A stretch of 63,998 nucleotides of DNA, counting the filler, from Stramenopiles sp. TOSAG23-2 (Eukaryota), in the NCBI GenBank assembly GCA_900128395.1. It is 3 parts of 3 records of this genome, joined end to end, with 100 filler letters (N's around TTAATTAATTAA, not from the genome) between each part and the next. Parts side by side here need not be neighbours in the genome. Positions count along the whole stretch, not along the records: positions 22,827 to 45,547 come from LT649504.1; positions 45,648 to 63,998 come from LT649607.1; 1 more part is not named here. One strand, written 5' to 3'. A program made the position numbers and the translations under genes. Below the pieces are notes generated by a model. The model saw only the letters and a list, made by a program, of their open reading frames with translations, did not search any database and was not told the origin of the DNA. Positions 38,737 to 48,449 of the stretch are shown piece after piece. The stretch's first letter is position 1, and each line of letters begins with the position of its first letter.

Positions 38737-39110
38737 TAAGTGAATTTATTTTTTTTCACTTGGAATCCGCCCTATGGTGTGTAGGTGCTATCAAGTGAAT
38801 TTTTTTTATTTCACTTACACTCCATGTATAGGGAGTGCATAGCATGGGACGGTCAAGAGGCTAGGTCAAGTGAATTTATTTTTTTTCACTTGGAGGTCAA
38901 GTGAAATTATTTTTTTTCGCTTGGAATCGGGTCAATGGTATGTAGGTGCTATCAAGTGAATTTTTTTTTTTTCGCTTACACTCCAAGTATAAGCTGGAAA
39001 TAGCATGGGACGGTCAGGAGGTTAGGTCAAGTGAAATTATTTTTTTTCACTTGGAATCGGGTCTATGGTGTGTAGGTGCTATCAAGTGAAATTATTTTTT
39101 TTCGCTTACA
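38737..39110. repeat. Array of seven 26-bp palindromes CAAGTGAA-(A/T)10-TTC(A/G)CTT(G/A) in a ~130-bp higher-order repeat
   Basis: Copies near 38737, 38792, 38867, 38898, 38953, 39028 and 39083; an eighth, inverted, at 37439-37464. Confidence 0.9.
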
Positions 39111-39602
39111 CGCCCTAGTCTTGACTAGTCTTGAAGTATAATATTTTACCCTATTTCATTTAGGGTTTTCCCATCCAAATATCTTCACACATGATAGTCT
39201 CCAACATATGATTAATTGCTATCACTTTATGATATCTCCCGCTATATAAATTTGTAGTATGACACTACTAGCTGGCTAGCGTCGTTGCCCATTACAGACC
39301 ACACAATCATCAATAATCATCAATCTTCTTAAAATAATTAATAATAAATAAATAATAATTATCTCCCAATCAATCCTTTCGTCCCGTATAATCACCAACA
39401 CCACCAATTTCTGGAAAGAAAACGAGAACATCACAAACAAAAGCAGAAAACGCTGCTAAACGCCTTTGCTAAAACTGGGAACACTACCGCCATCACCATC
39501 GTAATCAACCAAGTAACTGGTCATTTCGTTCGCGACAACTTTAAATCAGATTCCCGTACCGTCTAATAAAATTGACGAATAACCTTTTAGTGAAATTAAA
39601 TC

Positions 39603-41573
39603 ATGCAAGAAGTAAAAACGACGGAAATAAATGAATCCCCTCTTCAACCCAATGACATAGGCAACTTGGAAATAGAAATGGAAAACGACGAGGTTCCAGA
39701 GCTTACACGCTGTCGTAAATGCCGTATATTGTGCGGTCGTGAAAGTATCCTTGTGTCCATGGTGGTGCTTGCTTTAGGTGGGGGCAATATATTTATTTTT
39801 TCTGGTTATGCTGGTGGTTTCAACCGTGAAGGGTTGTGGGTATTTTTCGCTCTAGGAATCCTTTCCTGCTTACTCGTGGTATCGTTTATTGTCCGCACTT
39901 GTAAGGCTGTTCAACCAAAAAATAAGAAGAAAACGGAAGAGGAAAATGACGGAAAAGATGAAAATCAAGATGAAAATAAAGAAGAAAATCAAGAAGAAGA
40001 GAAAAAACCATCAAAAATTGCTGCTATGTTTGATACTATGAAAACGCGTTACAACCACCTATTTGATGTCAATGGAAAATATTACTTGAGCAAAATGTAT
40101 GCCGCCGAACTGTTTGAGCACGCCCAACAAGTGTATTCCTTGACCACCATTTACCTGTGCTTGATGCCCGTAGAAACATCCACTATTGTGTGTGCCGTTT
40201 TGACCGTTGAATTGCTCATCAACATTTGGGCTACTTTTCACATCGGTTCTCAAGAAGTACGGGATAGGTTGATATTTCTAGATATTTTGACGGATGTATT
40301 TTGTATGGCGTTCCCGCTTGCGTATTCACGCTTTGCCCTTAATATGCCTATACACCTTGAAAGTATGCTTCTCATTGTAGTGTATCCAACACTGTCGTTG
40401 TATTCAAAATTGAACGACATTTGGGAAGATTATTTCAAGATGGATTTGGAGCGGATTGAACAGACAAAAAAAAAGCAGAGCAAGGGGAAGGCAAGAAACT
40501 CGCGGCGTTCAAGTGTCCTCAATTTGTCCCACAATCGCGACACACTTGACGCGCAATTAGAACATTTCCCCAAATGGCTGCGTTACGCCTTTACGGTGCT
40601 TAACATTGGTTTCGTGTTGTTTTTTGTTAGTTTGGTAAGCGTCCAGTTAGCCACCCAACCTTCCACTGATACATGTAGTGGTATTTTCACGAAAGAAGTG
40701 TGGGGAGGGTGTAAAGTTGAAGTCCCGTTTTGTCAAGAATTGTTTGTTGCGAAGTGCGATTGTGCCGTGGTGGAAATGACCAATTACACCCAAAAAGCAC
40801 TGCCCGAATCGTTTGGAGGTTTAAAGTCGTTGGTCAAGTTGGGCGTTTATACGGGTCAGTTGGAAGAATTGCCGCAGCCGCTAGGAGACAACCATGAGAG
40901 GTTGCTTGTGCTCCAAGTAATAGGAAACCAACTAAAATCGTTGCCCGACAGCGTGGGAAAGTTACAGAATTTGCTTCACCTTTGGGTCTTCAACAACCAA
41001 CTGACATCGTTGCCCGACAGCGTGGGAAAGTTACAGAATTTGCTCAACCTCCAGGTCTTCAACAACCAACTAAAATCCTTGCCGGATAGCGTGGGAAACT
41101 TACAGAATTTGCTCAACCTTTATGTCTTCAACAACCGACTAGAATCCTTGCCCGACAGCGTGGGAAACTTACAGAATTTGCTCTTCCTTTATGCGTGGAA
41201 CAACACATTAACCGCTCTGCCCAAAACAGTAGGTGATATAAAATCATTAATTGTGGTAGATGTTCGTCACAATGGTTTGACCGATTTACCGTCGTCGGTG
41301 AGCCAATGGAGCAAGGTAGAATATTTGTATCTAGCAGGCAATCCCTTATGCGCGAACTTGGACATTCCTAGCAATTTAAAAGACGCAACAGGGTTGTGCG
41401 AGCAACAATGCTCTGTAGATTGTCCTGCTCATTGGTTGGGTCGTTACGGGTGCGATGACAATGATTACACCTACCGTTACACAAAAAAATATAATCCCAA
41501 TGTAAAACCAAAACCGAATTCAGGGTGTAACACTGCCGCGTGTGAATACGACAAAGGGGACTGTCCTCGTTGA
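39603..41573 (+). CDS. Multi-TM receptor-like protein with C-terminal LRRs and a Cys-rich LNR/Notch-like repeat
   Basis: Several N-terminal TM segments; 23-aa LRRs (NQLKSLPDSVGKLQNLLxLxVFN); LAGNPLC cap; CSVDCP..WLG..GCDD..GCNTAACEYDKGDC. Confidence 0.9.
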   Translation: MQEVKTTEINESPLQPNDIGNLEIEMENDEVPELTRCRKCRILCGRESILVSMVVLALGGGNIFIFSGYAGGFNREGLWVFFALGILSCLLVVSFIVRTCKAVQPKNKKKTEEENDGKDENQDENKEENQEEEKKPSKIAAMFDTMKTRYNHLFDVNGKYYLSKMYAAELFEHAQQVYSLTTIYLCLMPVETSTIVCAVLTVELLINIWATFHIGSQEVRDRLIFLDILTDVFCMAFPLAYSRFALNMPIHLESMLLIVVYPTLSLYSKLNDIWEDYFKMDLERIEQTKKKQSKGKARNSRRSSVLNLSHNRDTLDAQLEHFPKWLRYAFTVLNIGFVLFFVSLVSVQLATQPSTDTCSGIFTKEVWGGCKVEVPFCQELFVAKCDCAVVEMTNYTQKALPESFGGLKSLVKLGVYTGQLEELPQPLGDNHERLLVLQVIGNQLKSLPDSVGKLQNLLHLWVFNNQLTSLPDSVGKLQNLLNLQVFNNQLKSLPDSVGNLQNLLNLYVFNNRLESLPDSVGNLQNLLFLYAWNNTLTALPKTVGDIKSLIVVDVRHNGLTDLPSSVSQWSKVEYLYLAGNPLCANLDIPSNLKDATGLCEQQCSVDCPAHWLGRYGCDDNDYTYRYTKKYNPNVKPKPNSGCNTAACEYDKGDCPR

Positions 41574-41804
41574 AGGCGGTACGATGTAGCGGCACTTGAC
41601 AGTGGTTTGTCGCAACACGAAAAAAGACGATAAAAATCCATCAAAATAGGTAGCGAAATCAATGGAAAAATAAAGCCGTGGTGGTCAAGAAACACCCACC
41701 AAAACCACACAACCAACAAAAGTATTTGAAAACAAGAGAACCAAACCGAAAATGTCAAGAAAGCCAAAATATGAGAATAATTACAATCAAGAAGCCAATT
41801 GTAA

Positions 41805-42152
41805 TTATTTTGATGAAAGGTAGTCGGTATCCACTTGGGGGTCTTTCATTTCCGCTATTCTAAAGTCGTTCCCAAAGGCATTCAACAATTCGCACACGGA
41901 CAACGCTGTCGTATCAGGAGTCCATTCGCCCGCCTTCATCTGCGTCACCCAGCAATCAAGGCACAACGGGCAATTCAAATACAAAAACTCTGCCTTTGCC
42001 TCCATGTGTTTGTTGTCATGACACAACCGACAATCTAGTTCAAGGTTTCTAGCACTCCTGTAGCGGTTTGGGCGTAACCATTCGTTGTTCAATTTACTGC
42101 TCATCTCTAGTCTAGTAAGAAGTCGTGGCTTTATATCCGTTTCATATATCAT
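41805..42152 (-). CDS. Small putative Zn-ribbon protein
   Basis: 115 aa with CRLC...CPLCLDC; divergent from the 42348 ORF. Confidence 0.55.
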   Translation of the reverse strand: MIYETDIKPRLLTRLEMSSKLNNEWLRPNRYRSARNLELDCRLCHDNKHMEAKAEFLYLNCPLCLDCWVTQMKAGEWTPDTTALSVCELLNAFGNDFRIAEMKDPQVDTDYLSSK

Positions 42153-42347
42153 TTAATGGACATCGCTTAATGATTTTAACGGGACACGGCTCTTTACCTA
42201 ACGCCACCACACCATCCGTCAAGGGAGTGCCGTCGCCATTCATCGTCAAGGTAGCGTACCATTGATGTAGGCAACGCAAGTTTTCCTAACCGCCCCACAC
42301 CCAGTCGCCACCAAGCAATTATTTCTCTGTAGTATATTTAAGACAAG

Positions 42348-45300
42348 ATGACATCTTTACAACAACCGTATTTTTTAGAATGTAACCGAAGTAATTCAAC
42401 GATATTAAGCGAAAACGATGATTACAACGCCGTCTGGAGCAGCGATATTGCCCCATTCCAATTGCTTCCGGGAGACCAAGTTAGCGTCAGTTCTGTGGCG
42501 ATTGAAGCCTCAAGCATAGGGACGCCGGATACAATTGAATTTACCGCTGAGCCGGTCAAGGTCAATAATGTTCAAAAAGAGTATGTGGATAACAAAGTGG
42601 TCTTGGAGATAGGATTTTATTTGTTAAATGCGAATGGCTCGCATACTTGCGTGCTGCCCTTGAGATTTCCATCGTATTACAAAGATATAACTGCGAATTA
42701 TCGTCTAGCAGTAAATGATGCTACCACACAATTTATTGGCGCTCCAAGTATGCCTGGATTTAGTGAAAAAGGAACCATTGGGTTTACCAATCCTGGTCAA
42801 AAATATGTGTTTTACGAAGGCGTGGATACTAGCGGCAATGTCCTTCCACAAACAGGTCAATATACCTATCTTACCAAAATTATTTTGTCACAACCGGCAG
42901 ACCCAAACCCGAATGGATTTTTATTGGTAGATTATGCCACCGATTACGATGGAAATACAGGAAATTTTAGAGCCATGGACGGGATGGCGTGTCAAATGGA
43001 GAATGCGTTGAATCAAGTATATGATTTAGGAATTGTCAAGAAGATAGATGCTTCAGGAACTCGCGTAATGCTAGAATTGGACGAGCCTGCTCTAGCTCCT
43101 TTTATGTTCCAACCTTCCGCACCAACTGTAAATGGTAGCCCTGTAACTTTTTATGTTAATTTTCCAAACGACAATCGTGGATTGGGATTGATGAACGCAG
43201 ACATGAACGATTATTCAACGCCGGCACCGACATTCAAAGTAGAGCGTGGAAATGTGTTGTATGATATAACAAGCTATCTAGGTAATTCAACAGAAGGAAG
43301 GAATCCAGTGTATTACAAAAGTTTTAATTTGAGAGAAGGCTTTAGCAACACGCCTTACATTTTATCAAGGCAAGACTACCAAGGCACTCAAGTCAGCGGC
43401 AATGCGATGAAAATGTCGCCTTTGCTTCAGCCAATGACAGCCTTTGTAACTTTATCGGCAACTGAAATTTTTGAAGATTGTAACAGGCTGGCGGAACGAA
43501 TTGAAGCTCAATTGCGTGAAGTTAGCACCATATTTGGACTCAATGAAAAAAGCAAAGAAATTATTGACGAAGATACCACTTACAAAAAAAGCAATCAAAT
43601 CATTCCGTATCAGCAGTATTTTGGACATTTTCAGCCTGGTGTTGTTCCTTCCACCAACCCGAATTACATCAATTTTTCTAGATTATGGGATAGCATCATT
43701 CAAATCAATACCAGTCCAACGGTCAAGGTCATCCCAGCGAATTTGTATTTTGCGCCTGATTTTTCATTATATTCTAATTCTTATTTTTACGAACTTGAGG
43801 ATGATAGAATCAATTACCTACATACGGCAATGGATAGTGGTGGAAGGAAGCAGGATGCTTACCCTAGTGAATTTATCAACAACCAGATTTATGGGAATAT
43901 TGCTTGGAAGGACATGTATAAAATGATGGCGGGTGACCGTTGGTTGCGTCTTGAGGTTGATAAGTTGTCAAGAAACATTTGTCGTCCCGTTATCTTGAAC
44001 ACACAAATAAAGATTAAAGCCATTCCGTTTGGAACACCAGTTACGTATGACCTTTCAAGTTCGTATATTCCATACGATTTTCCCATATTCACCAACATCA
44101 AGTATAACGATGCGAATTTAAAAATGATTCGTGAAGGAATGAAGTTGAAAGAGATTTATAAACCAATTCAATTCAAAGGGTATAATACTTGGGCACAGCA
44201 GAAAACCGATGCGAATGGTTGGATTTACCCTGAAATGGATTTGGGTATTTGTAACGATTACTCAAGCAATCCCATTTTGTCCCCTGGAACTTATGTTGCT
44301 GATAGGTATGTAGGCATTACACCACCTTGGAAAACAAGTTACCCTCCTGACGCATCGTTCAATAATCCAAATAACTTGAGCAACCCAACAAGTAGCGATA
44401 TCAATACCATATGCCCGCCGCAAAGTGATGGTGGAATTGGGGATGATGAACCAAGCGCGAGAAGCATAGGTCGTTTGAAAATTTACAGCAGGTATAGTCA
44501 AGATTATTTCACGCGGGCAAGCACCTCCATCAAAAACGCCATTGGTGACAATGAAATTGGTAACTTGTTGTATCAAGCGAATGGAAATGTATTTGATGCG
44601 ACTTTATCTAGGACAAACAATGTTGCGGCATATCCATATCGCAATACATTAACGAATGAAACGCTTTGTTTTTTTATGTCAGCTGACAATTATGATATAG
44701 GCAATCAAGAAGCTACATTCATTAATAAATATTACCAATTGGGTGTGATTAGTTGGGGGACGCCCTTTTCCATGGCTGATTTTTCCACCTTGAGCAATCC
44801 GGCGCTGATGCCAATGAACAACAACAAATACAAAGTCAATACCTTCACAAACTCATCGGGCGGACAAAATTATCCAAATGAAGCTTACTTCGTTAATAAT
44901 GTAAATTTTATATGGGCAGGGGCTAACAATCCTCAAATTTCGTATGATTCAGCAACGAGCCGATTTCAGCTAGCAAATTTACATACCAATGTGTTTTATA
45001 CGAATGATGACGCACCTAGCGAGTTTAAAGATTCTGTGGAGGCTGGCAATCAATGCGCAAGAGTAAATATTTCGTTTGCGGATAATACGCATACAAGTCA
45101 TAATAATAATGTGGATGAAAATACTAATTATACCCAGAAAAATACAGGCATACTTGACCGTCAAAGTGGTATTTTTATTCATAAAATTTATTTGCCTAAG
45201 TCAAGTGATTGGTCACCACCGGAAGATATAAATCCATTGAGTTATTGGAGCAACGATACTATGGATGCGACAGAGAACAACCGCCAAGAAATCATAAAGG

Positions 45301-45492
45301 ATTTGATTGAAGCCGATGAAGACAATTACGAATCATGTTTGCTGAGCAAGATGGGGTTTAAGTATGAGCAGCTGATGCCGAGGTATGGAAACCAAGATGC
45401 GAGATACAATGAATCTACATACAACAATCCCAATCCAAATATTATAGGTCAAGGTGTGAAACCATTTATGACGAACTGTTTGATTGACAGTG
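42348..45492 (+). CDS. Large hypothetical protein, possible viral structural protein (PLV minor capsid-like), 3'-truncated
   Basis: >1040 codons, N/Y/P/D/T-rich with no signal peptide or TM; N-terminal FLECNR...NAVW..D...QLLPGDQVSVSSVAIE...TIEF; the last 55 nt before the gap are a chimeric inversion. Confidence 0.6.
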
Positions 45493-45547
45493 CGGCGTTG
45501 AATAATCGTTCATGTCTGCGTTCATCAATCCCAATCCACGATTGTCG

Positions 45548-45647
45548 NNNNNNNNNNNNNNNNNNNNNNNNNNNNNNNNNNNNNNNNNNNNTTAATTAAT
45601 TAANNNNNNNNNNNNNNNNNNNNNNNNNNNNNNNNNNNNNNNNNNNN
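45548..45647. other. Artificial contig spacer
   Basis: 44 N + TTAATTAATTAA + 44 N. Confidence 0.97.
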
Positions 45648-46079
45648 TGCTGTGTCAGTGCTAAGTTAAGGTAAAAATTCACTATATAATTACACTTTAT
45701 TTCTCATTGTTTTAGCCCTTCAAAGTCGTTTGAAATGCTTCATGGAAGTGTGTACGACACACATGTTTTACACAAAAAATTATGAAAAAATGATATCTGT
45801 GCGTTTAAACTTCATTAATATGTTCACTAAGTATGTATATTTGAAATATGAACTAACATTAACTCACAACATACAACAATAATAGTGTTTTATATGGAAT
45901 TATGTGGTACGACCATCAATTTTTTCGTCTGAGGGACACATTTGCCAAAAAAAGTAAAGCATGGCAAATACGAAGACTTCCAGGAATACCACAACAATGC
46001 GATATATAATATGTATTTTTTTTCATACTTTTAAATAATAACACACCATGTTCTTTTTTTCGTCTCTCTCTCTATATAT

Positions 46080-46352
46080 ATATATATAACAATCACTTTT
46101 GAACTACAAAACCTTGTGGATCATTTGATGAATTATTTTTATCTGGTAACAACAATACTTTTAAATTATTTTTCAATAAATTATTCAGATATTTTCTACT
46201 GCATAATAATTCAACATATATATAACAATCACTTTTGAACTACAAAACCTTGTGGATCATTTGATGAATTCTTTTTATCTGGTAACAACAATACTTTTAA
46301 ATTATTTTTCAATAAATTATTCAGATATTTTCTACTGCATAATAATTCAACA
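46080..46352. repeat. Tandem duplication (136-bp period) of the NPRL2 3' end
   Basis: aacaatcacttttgaactac... at 46088 and 46224, one mismatch seen. Confidence 0.88.
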
Positions 46353-47662
46353 CATATTTCATCAATACTACGAGTACCATCTGCTAAATTTTTTAATGCT
46401 TCAATTTTGATTTTATCGCTTTGGCTATTATTTTTATTAGAGCTAGTATTACTATTAATATTTATATTATTATTATTATTATCATTGTAACTTGAACCAT
46501 ATAAATTACCACCATAAATATTATTATTATTGTTGTTATAATTGTTATTATTATTATTTAAATTACTTGTATCATTAGATGGTAAATATATTGGATATTC
46601 ATGTACTCTACGTATTAAACCATGAATTAGACCAAATGTTACAAATCTTCGATCATCAATATGTAATGAATTTGTATCATGTGTTAAACAAAAATCAGCT
46701 AAACGTGTTGATGGGTCCATGGAACAATATAAAGAAAAAACTTTGGATATTAATGGCTTTGCCATTGATCGCTTTGTCACATATGCAACGCATTGACGTC
46801 CAAATTCTTGATTACTAGCTAATAAATTAACACGTCTACCAGTTGTATATATATTACTATATTGAAAAATATCTACAAGCGATACGCAACCATAATATAA
46901 TAATTGACGTACACAATGTTTTACTAAAGCAACTTCGACACCAGCATCTAGACTAATACGTTTTACAAAACGAACACCATCCACATATGGTAAAATTTGT
47001 TGCAACGTTAAATCCCATTCAGATGTAATTGATGTTCCTAATTCACGGACACGAACAGGAACATCATGATCCCGTACGGATGATGGATCTGGCAAAATAT
47101 GAAATAATTTTAAACTTAACATATTTGCGTTGTCTAATGGTAAAACACACCTTGCTTGTAAATTTAATTGATTGCGTGTCTCTATTAATATTTTTTTCAA
47201 CCTTGTCTTAGATGCCTCTTTGTACAGAAATTCACTCTCGATTTCCATGGCATATACCGTAGATGCTAATTTTCGTACTAGTGGATACCATGGTCTTGCA
47301 TCTGTTTCACGACGAAAAACGAAACAAAAATTAAAAGACAATTTATTTCTACCATATTTAGAATCTTCTATATACAATGGAAACCCGACAATTTTCTTTG
47401 CTCCAACACATACAGATACAATTTTATTACACAGAGGATTGGGACAAATAACATAATCACTAGCTTGCTTTAAAAGTTCCGTCGCTTCATACTCTTCTGG
47501 TGCACAATATAATACCACAGGTCCTAATTCATTATCAAACTCTGCATAAAAAACACACTCCAACGGTACAGCGTGGTGGGAAAGTTTTGGTGATAATTTT
47601 CCAGTTGATTTTTGATTTTTCCGACGAAGTTTAGATGTATTAGTATTAGAATTGTTAGACAT
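46229..47662 (-). CDS. NPRL2: GATOR1 subunit NPRL2/NPR2
   Basis: VFYAEFDNELGP, KYGRNKLSFNFCFVF, MEIESEFL, WDLTLQQILPYVDG, LVDIFQYSNIY, DDRRFVTFGLIHGLIRRVHEYP. Confidence 0.95.
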   Translation of the reverse strand: MSNNSNTNTSKLRRKNQKSTGKLSPKLSHHAVPLECVFYAEFDNELGPVVLYCAPEEYEATELLKQASDYVICPNPLCNKIVSVCVGAKKIVGFPLYIEDSKYGRNKLSFNFCFVFRRETDARPWYPLVRKLASTVYAMEIESEFLYKEASKTRLKKILIETRNQLNLQARCVLPLDNANMLSLKLFHILPDPSSVRDHDVPVRVRELGTSITSEWDLTLQQILPYVDGVRFVKRISLDAGVEVALVKHCVRQLLYYGCVSLVDIFQYSNIYTTGRRVNLLASNQEFGRQCVAYVTKRSMAKPLISKVFSLYCSMDPSTRLADFCLTHDTNSLHIDDRRFVTFGLIHGLIRRVHEYPIYLPSNDTSNLNNNNNNYNNNNNNIYGGNLYGSSYNDNNNNNININSNTSSNKNNSQSDKIKIEALKNLADGTRSIDEICVELLCSRKYLNNLLKNNLKVLLLPDKKNSSNDPQGFVVQK

Positions 47663-48232
47663 ATTTAAAATTTAGTAATATAATGATATATTGTCATATT
47701 GTCTATTTTATTAATCTTTCTATTGACACATGTATCTATGTCTGTTCCTATATTTTGTTTTTCTTCTTATACTTTTATTTCATTTATTCTGTATCAATTC
47801 AATCAATAATTATTACAGTAAATATATAATAATAAATAATAATTAATATTTAATAGTGGAAAACGGAGATTTGAACCTGATGATGGAATAGGAAGATCTA
47901 TGGTGTCCAGAGGAAGTGTGTAGTGAGTCCTGTATATATATTAATGATTGTAATGCTATTTTTGATACTAAATATTGTGGATTTTTATTTTTTACAGGCC
48001 AATATGCGGAATTGCAATAATAATTTATTTTATTATTAATTTAATAGCACGATAATAAATGTAAGATATATGGATACTGTAAGAAGTGTAATATTAATAA
48101 GTGGCTAATAAGATAATACATCTTAATCTTCTTCTACTGTATAATAATAATAGATCTAAAAAATTATAAAAAAATAAAAAAAATAATAAATGCAATAATA
48201 AAATTCCTATTCCAGATTAAACATATTATAAC

Positions 48233-48449
48233 CAAAAACATTACGAGTATTTTCTCACACATTATGTTTATTACATGGTCCGTTATTTGATTTAGAAACT
48301 GAGGTTAATGAAATGTTACAGAATAATTCACATATATTTTCTAATTTTGTAAAAAAAAAAGATCTTATAAATGATATTAAATGTTTCGTTGAAATGTTAG
48401 TCATAACAATTGCGCGTAAATATAATATTGAACGAAGTAGTACAGTTGA
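48233..48449 (+). repeat. 217-bp inverted duplicate of 58862-59078 (internal fragment of the VPS9-containing region)
   Basis: Apparently exact reverse complement, caaaaacattacgag...gtacagttga. Confidence 0.92.

Larger units (their letters stand above)
37330..45547. mobile_element. Candidate endogenous DNA virus (Polinton-like virus) segment, right part lost at the contig end
   Basis: Repeat-rich left flank; intronless ORFs, those from 39603 on visibly richer in G/C-ending codons than host genes; small Zn-ribbon ORF; large virus-structural-like ORF. No capsid, ATPase or integrase visible, so boundaries are inferred. Confidence 0.45.

Noticed and set aside
38737-39110. CRISPR array interpretation of the palindromic repeats
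   Set aside because: Spacers recur (two alternating types), lengths are irregular (about 5, 29 and 49 bp), no cas genes are present, and the context is eukaryotic
39355-39566. Open frame of ~70 codons upstream of the LRR gene
   Set aside because: No start codon or recognisable motif; may be a gene remnant
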